Translations under genes and position numbers: made by a program
DNA from: an uncultured Fibrobacterota bacterium
GTDB taxonomy: Bacteria > Fibrobacterota > Chitinivibrionia > Chitinivibrionales > WJKA01
DNA length: 64,000 bases
Reading direction: 5' to 3'
Assembly (NCBI GenBank): GCA_964589825.1
Contig: CAZPUS010000001.1
Location: forward strand, 100,486 to 164,485
Shown here: one piece after another, positions 29,225-37,960 of the stretch
Layout of the letters: every line of letters begins with the position of its first letter
Numbering within the stretch: position 1 is the first letter of the stretch
Notes under the pieces: model-generated
Told to the model about the DNA's origin: nothing
Database searches by the model: none
What the model saw: the letters and a program-made list of their open reading frames with translations, nothing else

Positions 29225-30067
29225 ATGAGAATCAATCACAATGTATCTTCAATGATCACACAGTCGGCATTGTACACGGTAAACCGCGACATGCAGCAGT
29301 CTCTCGAGCGTCTCTCTACCGGACTCCGCATCAATCGAGCAAGTGACGACGCTGCAGGGCTGGGTGTATCCGAAAACCTGAGGACACAGATAAGAGGTGT
29401 GCGTCAGGCACAACGTAACGCACAGGACGGAATCTCCGCCCTCAATATCGCAGAAGGTGCGGCAAACGAGGCATCCGCAATTCTGCAGCGTATGCGCGAG
29501 CTGGCAATCCAGTCCGCCAACGATACCCTTACCACAACCGAACGGCAGTATATCGATTCCGAGTTCCAGGACCTGGAAACCGAAGTCGATCGTATCTCGC
29601 AGGTAACCAACTATAACGGTCAGGAGCTGATTTCGAGCAATACAAGCCGATTCGGGACCTCCGGGAACAACACGCTATGGATCGATGCAAACGATACCGA
29701 GGGTGTCGACAGCATGACGGTCACCATCACGAGTCTCGATTCATCCGATCTTTCCCTCAACGACCTGAACATCTCGACACAGTCGGCAGCCACAGCGGCA
29801 ATATCGACACTTGACGACGCAATCGACTCTGTCAACTCGATGCGTGCTAATGTCGGTGCATATGTAAACCGTCTCGAACATGCGGTCAATAACCTGCAGG
29901 TATCCGAAACCAACCAGGTCTCTGCAGAATCACAGATCCGCGACACCGATTTTGCCGCCGAATCGAGCAGATTCTCGAGAAATCAGATCCTGCAGCAATC
30001 CGCAACTTCCATGCTGTCACAGGCGAATATGGTCCCCTCGGGTGTGCTCACCCTGCTGCAAGGCTGA
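29225..30067 (+). CDS. fliC: Flagellin (short, D0/D1 only)
   Basis: MRINHN, LERLSTGLRINRASDDAAGL, LQRMRELA, SQIRDTD and ILQQSATSMLSQAN. ATG 29225 follows the RBS. Confidence 0.97.
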   Translation: MRINHNVSSMITQSALYTVNRDMQQSLERLSTGLRINRASDDAAGLGVSENLRTQIRGVRQAQRNAQDGISALNIAEGAANEASAILQRMRELAIQSANDTLTTTERQYIDSEFQDLETEVDRISQVTNYNGQELISSNTSRFGTSGNNTLWIDANDTEGVDSMTVTITSLDSSDLSLNDLNISTQSAATAAISTLDDAIDSVNSMRANVGAYVNRLEHAVNNLQVSETNQVSAESQIRDTDFAAESSRFSRNQILQQSATSMLSQANMVPSGVLTLLQG

Positions 30068-30103
30068 GCATTACTACAGCACACCAGGTTTTTAACGTTA
30101 CGC

Positions 30104-30142
30104 AAAGCGATGCGGACTTCAATGTCCGTATCGCTTTTTTTT
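30104..30142 (+). terminator. Rho-independent terminator after fliC
   Basis: AAAGCGATGCGGAC-TTCAAT-GTCCGTATCGCTTT followed by a T run. Confidence 0.88.
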
Positions 30143-30244
30143 GTGGGCGAGCCAATATAGTCACTATCCGCATCATATATTTTTTTACACATTTAATTGC
30201 TTTTTGGATAGTGCCTTACGCAAAAAAAAGGATTCTCACGCATC

Positions 30245-31495
30245 ATGCACACATGGACCCGCGACAATGCGGTGGACTACATCGAGGGTTTCGATGAACT
30301 CGGCGATGATGAAAAGAGGGCGCTGCTTACGTATCTCAACGACCATTTCCCGCCTTCTGCGTATGAAAGCCACCGGGATGCCCGTCGGCGCGCCCGGCAG
30401 AATATACGGGCCGTGCAACAGGAAGTCGAATCCGCTGTTGCAGCCTATCCGCCTTATATTCTTGATAAGGATATCCCTCACACGCACAACGCGCTTGAAG
30501 GATGTGCCGTGGTACTCACCGCAGGCGGAGACGGTGAGAGACTCAAACAAAGCCTCGTCGCACAGGGCGCCTCGCCACACGCGCTTGCCGGTTATACCAA
30601 AGCGACATTTCCTTTGCCCGAGCGTGCCGGCAATGTCTCGACACTCGAGCTTAACCTGCATCATATCGCATCCATTGCGCAATCGGCGGGTACAGAAATT
30701 CCCCTACTGGTTACCACCGGACCGCCGGGAAGTACGACCGCCCGGGTAATTCCATCACTGCTTAAAGAAAAATCTCATTTCGGGCTTTCGTGGTGCAGAA
30801 CTCTTGCGCAGCAGGCACGCCTTCATCTTACCGAACAGGACAAAATTGCGGTCGCTCATACACCCGAAGGTCCCCGCCCCGTCACTCACCCTGACGAAAC
30901 CGGCGGCCCGCTGATGCGGCTGAAAAAACCATGGAACTCCCGCTCCGATACATCAATCCTCGACGAGCTTGCATCACAAGGCGTCGATCGTCTCATTATT
31001 CTTCAGGCAACCGCCGTCTACCATCCCCACCTGATTACCGCTCTTGCACAGATTTCGCGCACACACGACGTGGTCGGTGTGGGCATACGCGGTGACAATG
31101 CGGAAATGATTGCATCACTGGGAGTGTATGTCGCTCTTGAAAAAGAGAACGATCGCATCATAAGGGTCCTCGACCCGCATTACCGTAATGCAGCGATCGA
31201 TTCGATGAAAGATGAGACCGGTACCTGGTTTCTCCCCTGCAATACCGGGTTGTATGCGTGCCGCCTCAAGACCCTTGCGCAGGGATCACTTCCCGATTTT
31301 TGTACTTCGGGCAAAGAGGTGCTGCCCCACCTTCCCAAAGCCCCGAAAACCGGATATGCCGCCACCGACCTTATGTCACTCAGTCATAGCGCTACCATAA
31401 TTGTAACCGAGGCGGACAAATTCGCGGTCATCAAAAAAGCGAAGGACCTGTCCGAGGTCGCCCGTGCGGCGAAGCGTTTTGGACTCGTAAAATAA
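30245..31495 (+). CDS. Divergent UDP-sugar pyrophosphorylase (UDPGP/UAP-like) nucleotidyltransferase
   Basis: VVLTAGGDGERL...KATFPL, P..TGG-like HPDETGG and PCNTGLY motifs. Confidence 0.6.
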   Translation: MHTWTRDNAVDYIEGFDELGDDEKRALLTYLNDHFPPSAYESHRDARRRARQNIRAVQQEVESAVAAYPPYILDKDIPHTHNALEGCAVVLTAGGDGERLKQSLVAQGASPHALAGYTKATFPLPERAGNVSTLELNLHHIASIAQSAGTEIPLLVTTGPPGSTTARVIPSLLKEKSHFGLSWCRTLAQQARLHLTEQDKIAVAHTPEGPRPVTHPDETGGPLMRLKKPWNSRSDTSILDELASQGVDRLIILQATAVYHPHLITALAQISRTHDVVGVGIRGDNAEMIASLGVYVALEKENDRIIRVLDPHYRNAAIDSMKDETGTWFLPCNTGLYACRLKTLAQGSLPDFCTSGKEVLPHLPKAPKTGYAATDLMSLSHSATIIVTEADKFAVIKKAKDLSEVARAAKRFGLVK

Positions 31496-31570
31496 CAGGA
31501 AAATGCACTGAGAATAATCACACATGTATCCACGTCATAATGGTATTTTATACCAAAAAAGGCGATACAG

Positions 31571-32425
31571 ATGAAAACGATCGGCATTCTCAATCACAAA
31601 GGCGGTGTGGGCAAAACGACCTTTACGGGTTCGTGTGCGCAGGCGCTCGCGCTTGTTGGCTACAAAGTCCTGGTCATTGACAACGACAGCCAGCATAATC
31701 TCACCTCAATGATGCAGCTTCGTCCTGCGGATACGACAATCCGTGATGTCTATATCTCATCCTCTGTTGATAATGCAGCAAGAATGCTTCTTACATCTGT
31801 TATTGCGACCGAGCTTGAAAATCTCAATATCATTACCGCTCCCGCCCATCTGCAGGAGACCGATATTCATGACACCGGTCTGCTGCGGGCGGCGATTACC
31901 ACTGCAGGCCTGGAACGGTTTTACGATTATGTCCTTATCGATAATGCACCCGGACTCGATCAGCTGCAGTCAGAAGCTATACATGCGGCGGATGAACTTT
32001 TTGTACCCACCGAACTGAAGCAGTTCGCCGTGAACGGGCTTACCGAAATGGATCAGATTATTACCGGATCCTACCCGGACGGTGCGCGGATTACCAGGAT
32101 AATACCCAATTTTTACCGTAACATTAAACGACACCACACCTACCTGCATTCGCTTAATCGCCTCTTTCCCGGCCGGATAACCAAAACCGCAATTCCATCG
32201 GACAGTACATTCGATGAAATAATCACAGAGGGCAAAATCCTCTTTCTGCATCGTCTCTACTCAAAAGCAGCGGCCTATTACCTCAAGCTCATACATGAAT
32301 TGTTCGATCTCGAGGAAGATTCGGTATGGGAACAGGTAAGCGATAAGCGCAATCAGCGTATGAGGGAAGAAGCCCGTGACCGATATTACAACAGAACGGG
32401 AACCACACAAGGAGTGCAGTCATGA
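31571..32425 (+). CDS. Orphan ParA-family ATPase
   Basis: Deviant Walker A KGGVGKTT, VLVIDNDSQHNLT and YDYVLIDNAPG. No parB adjacent. Confidence 0.9.
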   Translation: MKTIGILNHKGGVGKTTFTGSCAQALALVGYKVLVIDNDSQHNLTSMMQLRPADTTIRDVYISSSVDNAARMLLTSVIATELENLNIITAPAHLQETDIHDTGLLRAAITTAGLERFYDYVLIDNAPGLDQLQSEAIHAADELFVPTELKQFAVNGLTEMDQIITGSYPDGARITRIIPNFYRNIKRHHTYLHSLNRLFPGRITKTAIPSDSTFDEIITEGKILFLHRLYSKAAAYYLKLIHELFDLEEDSVWEQVSDKRNQRMREEARDRYYNRTGTTQGVQS

Positions 32426-32682
32426 CCATACAGCAGAAAGGATCGCCCGTATTCGGCGACAACGTGGACAATCTGCTCTCGGATAAGATTGTTGCACAAG
32501 CCAGGACTACCAATGCTGCTTCCCGCAATAACGGAAAGATATCCTCCCGCACCACCAGGCACACCTCTACCACGCATACGAAGAAAAAGTCTCACACCGC
32601 ACGTGCAGCCGTAATTATCACCGTCGTACTGCTGCTGCTGTATACCGCAGGCTGCGTTGCGCGCCGGGCATTGGCAAGATAA
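32422..32682 (+). CDS. Small protein with a C-terminal TM, coupled to ParA
   Basis: ATGA overlap with the parA stop, GGAG RBS, hydrophobic AVIITVVLLLLY. Confidence 0.6.
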   Translation: MTIQQKGSPVFGDNVDNLLSDKIVAQARTTNAASRNNGKISSRTTRHTSTTHTKKKSHTARAAVIITVVLLLLYTAGCVARRALAR

Positions 32683-32748
32683 TCCTTTACTGACATGCAA
32701 TGCAGCCGAGACGGCAGGGACCGGCATTTGCAATATCGAAGCTGCCGC

Positions 32749-33330
32749 TCAATCGGCATCCAGCTCGATACTTCCAAGCGGGGTTTTGTACAACAGCAAA
32801 AGGGTATCGTTCTTTTCTGCACTAAAAAGATGCTGTGTATATGCAACCTTTGCATGAAAATCGTCTGCAATAAAAACACTCGTATCACCTCTATATATCG
32901 AAGCAGTCACGGCTGCATTTCGCAGTGCACGCTGTTTTGCCGCCCGCCGCCTTCCTGCCGCCCGCACCGCAGCAGGCAATGAATCTGACCCCAGTGCTTT
33001 TCCCGCACTGAAAACCGCCCCTGCGGCAGAGTCAATCCCCAAACCAAGAAGCTTTTTTCGCAATTGCAAATCGGAGGACGCATGCATCGCACGATGCTGG
33101 ATCCCTGCAAGCTGCAGTAGATATGCAAGGGTATCCTCTATCTGCTTTGGTTTTGCGGCAGCGGTCATTGAAGCCTCAGAGCGGTCGCTGCCCGGGATTG
33201 AATCCTTTTTTATTGATGCAGCGCCATGGTTTTCCAACGTTTTTTCATCTTCGTTGCGGTCTCTGCACCCGGAAAAAACCATTAGCGTCGCCAGGGATAA
33301 AAAGAGTACAGGAATGGCTTTCATTTGCAT
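32749..33330 (-). CDS. Hypothetical lipoprotein
   Basis: Lipobox FSGC after a hydrophobic stretch. Confidence 0.7.
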   Translation of the reverse strand: MQMKAIPVLFLSLATLMVFSGCRDRNEDEKTLENHGAASIKKDSIPGSDRSEASMTAAAKPKQIEDTLAYLLQLAGIQHRAMHASSDLQLRKKLLGLGIDSAAGAVFSAGKALGSDSLPAAVRAAGRRRAAKQRALRNAAVTASIYRGDTSVFIADDFHAKVAYTQHLFSAEKNDTLLLLYKTPLGSIELDAD

Positions 33331-33365
33331 ACCTCCTTATGTATACCTGATATACCTGAGTGAAA

Positions 33366-34286
33366 TCATTTGTGCTTTGTATCACCATCTGAATGCAGCC
33401 GGGGGAACCACCACGGGATATAGGCTTGTGTATACGCGCGGCATATCCGCCACATGCACATTAAAAAACGCCCGGGGTTGTAGCCGCCATGTGAGCTCCT
33501 GCAGATATATTCAGTCAGATTACGAACCGATTTAAAAAAACGAATGGTCGGACAGAGGTGAATATGCCGGAAATAAAACATGACATGGTTATGCAGCCGG
33601 TCGCAAAGCGCGGGTATCCTTTGTTTGGTTCGTCCTCCTCCACTATCCCGATTGTCGTGTGTGACTGCCGCCTCAGGGGTGTACCATACCCGATAGCCCC
33701 AGGCACGTGCACGAAGGCAAAAATCAACCTCTTCGAACAGCCCGTGGCCTGCATAGCGCGTATCAAAAAGACCTATACGTTCGAATACACTGCGCTTTAT
33801 CGACATGTTGCAGCCCGTTGCATACACACTCTCCTGCGCAGCATCGAGGTCGAAATTCCCTTCCGTCTCCCCGGTTGCCGGGTCGATATATGAAGGAATA
33901 TCGATTGCCGCCCAGCCATGTGTCTCTTTCTGCACTACACGACCAGCGACTATCGCAGCCATATCCGATGCATGCGCCGCTCTGTGTGCCTCGATACATC
34001 CCGGATGAAGTCTCACATCATCATCTAAAAAAAGGACGATGTCGCCCGTAGTCGCCACTATTCCTGAGTTCCTTGCTGCGGGCAGTGATCTCACCCCGCA
34101 CCACAGGAAAGTACAATACGGATACTGACGCTCGAGTGCCGTTATTCTTTCACGCATTCCGGGCGTATGATCGACCACCAGAACCGATACGGATGAATCC
34201 AGCTGCGGGTATATCGATTCGAGCACCGTTGGAATCGCGTCCAGGCGTCGGTAGGTAGGAATTATTATATCAAGGGTTTGTTTCAT
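33366..34286 (-). CDS. GT2-family glycosyltransferase
   Basis: IIIPTYRR, PAARNSG, FLDDD, TGCNMS and EEVDFC. Confidence 0.9.
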   Translation of the reverse strand: MKQTLDIIIPTYRRLDAIPTVLESIYPQLDSSVSVLVVDHTPGMRERITALERQYPYCTFLWCGVRSLPAARNSGIVATTGDIVLFLDDDVRLHPGCIEAHRAAHASDMAAIVAGRVVQKETHGWAAIDIPSYIDPATGETEGNFDLDAAQESVYATGCNMSIKRSVFERIGLFDTRYAGHGLFEEVDFCLRARAWGYRVWYTPEAAVTHDNRDSGGGRTKQRIPALCDRLHNHVMFYFRHIHLCPTIRFFKSVRNLTEYICRSSHGGYNPGRFLMCMWRICRAYTQAYIPWWFPRLHSDGDTKHK

Positions 34287-34656
34287 ATTCGGCTCCAGAT
34301 TTTCGTCTACAAATCAATATACAATGTTGCACTCAACGATATACGCCTGCATCCCATCCGTGTGCGGGCAAAAGGTAGATACGCCCCATCTGTCCGCCCG
34401 ATATGAGAATGATTTCAGGTATTGTTGCTGTATCGCCTCTTTCTCAGGCTGTGCAGAATGTGGTTTTTGCAGGCGTCATTTCTTCGGTCACAGCTGCCTG
34501 CAGCCATATACCCATCGATTGTATTCACCCGGACCTTGACACACTTTCCTGCGATTTTTTATTTTTGTATGCTTTCTACTTAGACCAATGAGCAAATAAT
34601 TTACACAAACAAATTTAATTTACTCAGATATCTTCCAACCAAAGGAGGGAGAGAGT

Positions 34657-34941
34657 ATGAATATCAAACCGCTCGAAGATCGCGTGGTACTTAAACCAAT
34701 GCCCGCAGAAGAAAAAACTGCAGGTGGTCTCATCATACCTGATAATGCAAAAGAAAAACCGCAGAAAGGAGAAGTCGTAGCGGTAGGCCCGGGAAAAACC
34801 AACAAAAACGGCACCAGAAACGACATGAGTGTAAAAGAAGGTGATACGGTTTTACACGGCAAATACGCCGGCACCGAAATCACCATCGACGGAGAAGAAT
34901 ACCTTATTGCACGCGAAGACGATCTGCTTGCAATAGTCTGA
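34657..34941 (+). CDS. groES: Co-chaperonin GroES
   Basis: [25 protein letters not shown] and VAVGPG. Confidence 0.98.
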   Translation: MNIKPLEDRVVLKPMPAEEKTAGGLIIPDNAKEKPQKGEVVAVGPGKTNKNGTRNDMSVKEGDTVLHGKYAGTEITIDGEEYLIAREDDLLAIV

Positions 34942-35011
34942 TACGCCGGCCTCATGATCATATTTGTAAATGAATTATCATGGATAAAAACCTGAACAAG
35001 GAGATGTACCA

Positions 35012-36676
35012 ATGGCAAAAATGCTCGCATTCGACATAGAAGCGCGCGAAAAACTTCTTAACGGAATAGACACTCTGGCCGATTCCGTAAGCACCACTCT
35101 CGGACCGCGTGGAAGAAACGTGGTAATCGATAAAAGCTATGGCTCCCCCACCGTAACCAAAGACGGAGTGACGGTCGCAAAAGAGGTCGAGCTTGAAGAC
35201 AAATTTGAAAACATGGGTGCACAGATGGTAAAGGAAGTCGCTTCAAAAACATCTGACGTGTCGGGAGACGGAACCACCACCGCAACGATCCTTGCACAGA
35301 CTATCGCGCATCTGGGAATAAAGAACGTCACCTCGGGGGCGAATCCGATGTCTCTCAAACGCGGTATCGACAAGGCGGTAAAGGCCATCAGCGAACAGCT
35401 CGCAAAGGATACAAGTGAAATCTCGGGGAAAAACGAAATTTCTCAGATCGCATCCATTTCCGCAAACAATGATAACGAGATAGGTGAGCTGCTGGCGGAT
35501 GCAATGGAAAAAGTCGGAAAAGACGGCGTCATTACCGTAGAAGAAGCAAAAGGGATCGAAACGTCGCTTGACGTGGTCGAAGGAATGCAGTTTGACCGAG
35601 GCTACATCTCTCCGCATTTTGTCACAGACCAGGAACGCATGGAATGTGTACTCGAAGACCCCTATATCCTTATCCACGACAAAAAAATCAGTGCCATGAA
35701 GGACCTTGTACCTCTGCTTGAAAAAACTCAGCAGAGCGGAAAAGCGCTTCTGGTTATTGCAGAAGACGTGGAAGGCGAAGCCCTCGCCACCATGGCGGTC
35801 AATAAACTGCGCGGATCTCTTAAAATAGCAGCGGTAAAGGCTCCTGGGTTTGGCGACAGACGGAAAGCGATGCTTGAGGATATCGCGGTTCTTACCGGTG
35901 GCATCCTCATTTCAGAAGATGCCGGCTTTACACTTGATAATACCACTGTAGATTCACTCGGTCAGGCAAAACGCGTGGTCATCGACAAAGAGAATACCAC
36001 TATCGTCGAGGGTGCGGGCAGTGCTGACGACATTAAATCCCGTGTAAGCCAGATACGTACTCAAATCGAAGAGACTACTTCTGATTACGACCGGGAAAAA
36101 CTGCAGGAACGCCTTGCAAAGCTCGCTGGAGGCGTTGCGCGTGTCAACATCGGTGCGGCAACCGAGACCGAAATGAAGGAGAAAAAAGCCCGTGTGGAAG
36201 ATGCACTAAATGCAACCCGCGCCGCGATTGAAGAAGGTGTCGTTCCCGGAGGCGGCGTTGCCTTTATTCGTGCAGCGAGCGCGCTCGATTCGGTTAAAAC
36301 CGAAAACGAAGAGGAATCGGTAGGAATCGATATCGTGCGTCATGCCATTGAAAAGCCGCTTCGCAAAATTGTCAGTAATGCGGGCCAGGAAGCCTCGGTT
36401 GTGTGCAACGAAGTAAAGAAAAAGAGTGGGAGCGAAGGGTATAATGCAGCCACGCTCGAATACGGTGACCTTATAAAACAGGGAGTAATCGATCCTAAAA
36501 AAGTGACCCGTACTGCGCTGGAAAATGCAGCGAGTATCGCAAGCCTTGTTCTAACGACTGAATGCACCGTGACCGATAAACCCGAAGAGGATAAAGACGA
36601 AGGCGGTGCAGCAGGTGGTGGTGCACCAGGCATGGGTGGTATGGGAGGAATGGGTGGTATGGGCGGCATGTACTAA
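35012..36676 (+). CDS. groEL: Chaperonin GroEL
   Basis: [24 protein letters not shown] and a GGM-repeat tail. Confidence 0.98.
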   Translation: MAKMLAFDIEAREKLLNGIDTLADSVSTTLGPRGRNVVIDKSYGSPTVTKDGVTVAKEVELEDKFENMGAQMVKEVASKTSDVSGDGTTTATILAQTIAHLGIKNVTSGANPMSLKRGIDKAVKAISEQLAKDTSEISGKNEISQIASISANNDNEIGELLADAMEKVGKDGVITVEEAKGIETSLDVVEGMQFDRGYISPHFVTDQERMECVLEDPYILIHDKKISAMKDLVPLLEKTQQSGKALLVIAEDVEGEALATMAVNKLRGSLKIAAVKAPGFGDRRKAMLEDIAVLTGGILISEDAGFTLDNTTVDSLGQAKRVVIDKENTTIVEGAGSADDIKSRVSQIRTQIEETTSDYDREKLQERLAKLAGGVARVNIGAATETEMKEKKARVEDALNATRAAIEEGVVPGGGVAFIRAASALDSVKTENEEESVGIDIVRHAIEKPLRKIVSNAGQEASVVCNEVKKKSGSEGYNAATLEYGDLIKQGVIDPKKVTRTALENAASIASLVLTTECTVTDKPEEDKDEGGAAGGGAPGMGGMGGMGGMGGMY

Positions 36677-36725
36677 GCACACCTCGCAGGGCTGCGACGC
36701 AACCATCCTGCTCAGAACAAACCAG

Positions 36726-36757
36726 AAGGAGCGGCTTTTGTGCCGCTCCTTTTTTTT
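36726..36757 (+). terminator. Rho-independent terminator after groEL
   Basis: AAGGAGCGGC-TTTTGT-GCCGCTCCTT followed by a T run. Confidence 0.9.
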
Positions 36758-36820
36758 GTGCAAATACGTCTTTTCTTATTTGATTACTACCCTTTTTTCC
36801 ACTTTTCACACAAAAAAGGC

Positions 36821-36864
36821 AAAAAAAAACGCTCTTGTCACACCAGATTATCGGGGACAGAGCG
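36821..36864 (-). terminator. Terminator after the tRNA-Val/Asp pair
   Basis: Minus strand CGCTCTGTC...GACAAGAGCG followed by T9. Confidence 0.7.
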
Positions 36865-36888
36865 CATCATTTGAACCATGCTCAAAAA

Positions 36889-36966
36889 TGGCGGACCGGA
36901 CGAGACTCGAACTCGCGACCTCTGGCTTGACAGGCCAGCGTTCTAACCGATCTGAACTACCGGTCC
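36889..36966 (-). tRNA. tRNA-Asp(GTC)
   Basis: GGACCGG...CTGGC-CTGTCAA-GCCAG...TTCGAGT...CCGGTCC-G-CCA. Confidence 0.96.
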
Positions 36967-36985
36967 GTGATATATCGAAAATGGA

Positions 36986-37063
36986 TGGTGGGCGTTGTAG
37001 GACTCGAACCTACGGCAACCTGCTTGTAAGGCAGGCACTCTATACCAACTGAGTTAAACGCCC
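36986..37063 (-). tRNA. tRNA-Val(TAC)
   Basis: GGGCGTT...CCTGC-CTTACAA-GCAGG...TTCGAGT...AACGCCC-A-CCA. Confidence 0.96.
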
Positions 37064-37263
37064 GTGTTATCTTCTTGTTTTTGTCCCGGATCGCGCAAAA
37101 TAACTGCAAGAGGAAGTATTACGATATATCCGAGAATTAAAAGCACTGGTGCCACTATCCAGGAAAGAGGATTTCGTACCGGGCCCTGACCGAGTAATAT
37201 AAACCCGATGATTAAAACCGCAATTCCTATTCCCAGAATGATAAAGTTTCTTTTTCCAAACAT
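37054..37263 (-). CDS. DUF3098-like small membrane protein
   Basis: FGKRNFIILGIGIAVLIIGFILL...APVLLILGY resembles DUF3098. The 3' end overlaps tRNA-Val by 10 nt. Confidence 0.75.
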   Translation of the reverse strand: MFGKRNFIILGIGIAVLIIGFILLGQGPVRNPLSWIVAPVLLILGYIVILPLAVILRDPGQKQEDNTGV

Positions 37264-37297
37264 AATTAATTGCACACCATTTTTATTGTGTCTATAG

Positions 37298-37327
37298 AAA
37301 TTACTATTTAGCACCCTTGTTTGTCAA
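37298..37327 (-). promoter_or_regulatory. Candidate sigma-70 promoter for DUF3098-tRNA-Val-tRNA-Asp
   Basis: TTGACA-N18-TAATTT on the minus strand. Confidence 0.5.
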
Positions 37328-37329
37328 TA

Positions 37330-37950
37330 CTAAAATGATACTTTTTTTGCCTCTTTTGCGCGTTCTTCGTCATTCGGGGCATTAACGATCGCCTTAAACC
37401 GCTCCCGGGTTTTCTTGTTTACCTCATTAAGAAGATTGGCCAATCGTTGCATTTCATCATGTTTTCGTAAATGGATATCCTCGGTATAATCGCCCCCGAT
37501 CATGCGATTACACGCCTTTTCAAGCCTGAAAATCGGCCCTGCGAGCCGATGCGAGAAAAAGACTGTCAACAACACGATCTGTATAATTACCAAAAATACG
37601 CCAATTCCGAATATCCACAATAAAAAAGAAATTATCTGCATCCTCGATTTTTCATTTCCTTCGAAATTACGAAGATACTTCACGATGTCGTCAAGAAGTA
37701 CCTCATATTTTTGTTCCTTGGGATGAGTGGACATCTGAAGATGCATCGCTATTTTATTCTCTATATCCTCTTTAATTATTTCGGTATTGGTAGTAATGAT
37801 GCTGCGGGTCGTATAAAAAATTGTAAACAGCCAAAAGGCCAGCATCACCATCATCGGCAGCAGAAAACTGATCATGTATTTGCCCTGCAACTGCCTGTTA
37901 ATAAATACATGTTTTCGAACAAAGCCTTTTTGTGCGCTCATAATAAACAC
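37330..37950 (-). CDS. Two-TM protein with a stand-alone HAMP domain
   Basis: FSHRLAGPIFRL...GDY...LRKHDEMQRLA..LN. No output domain. Confidence 0.8.
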   Translation of the reverse strand: MFIMSAQKGFVRKHVFINRQLQGKYMISFLLPMMVMLAFWLFTIFYTTRSIITTNTEIIKEDIENKIAMHLQMSTHPKEQKYEVLLDDIVKYLRNFEGNEKSRMQIISFLLWIFGIGVFLVIIQIVLLTVFFSHRLAGPIFRLEKACNRMIGGDYTEDIHLRKHDEMQRLANLLNEVNKKTRERFKAIVNAPNDEERAKEAKKVSF

Positions 37951-37960
37951 CCTCCTCCGG

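Noticed and set aside
34290-34656. CIRCE or sigma-32 element before groES
   Set aside because: No TTAGCACTC-N9-GAGTGCTAA and no convincing CTTGAA...CCCCAT.
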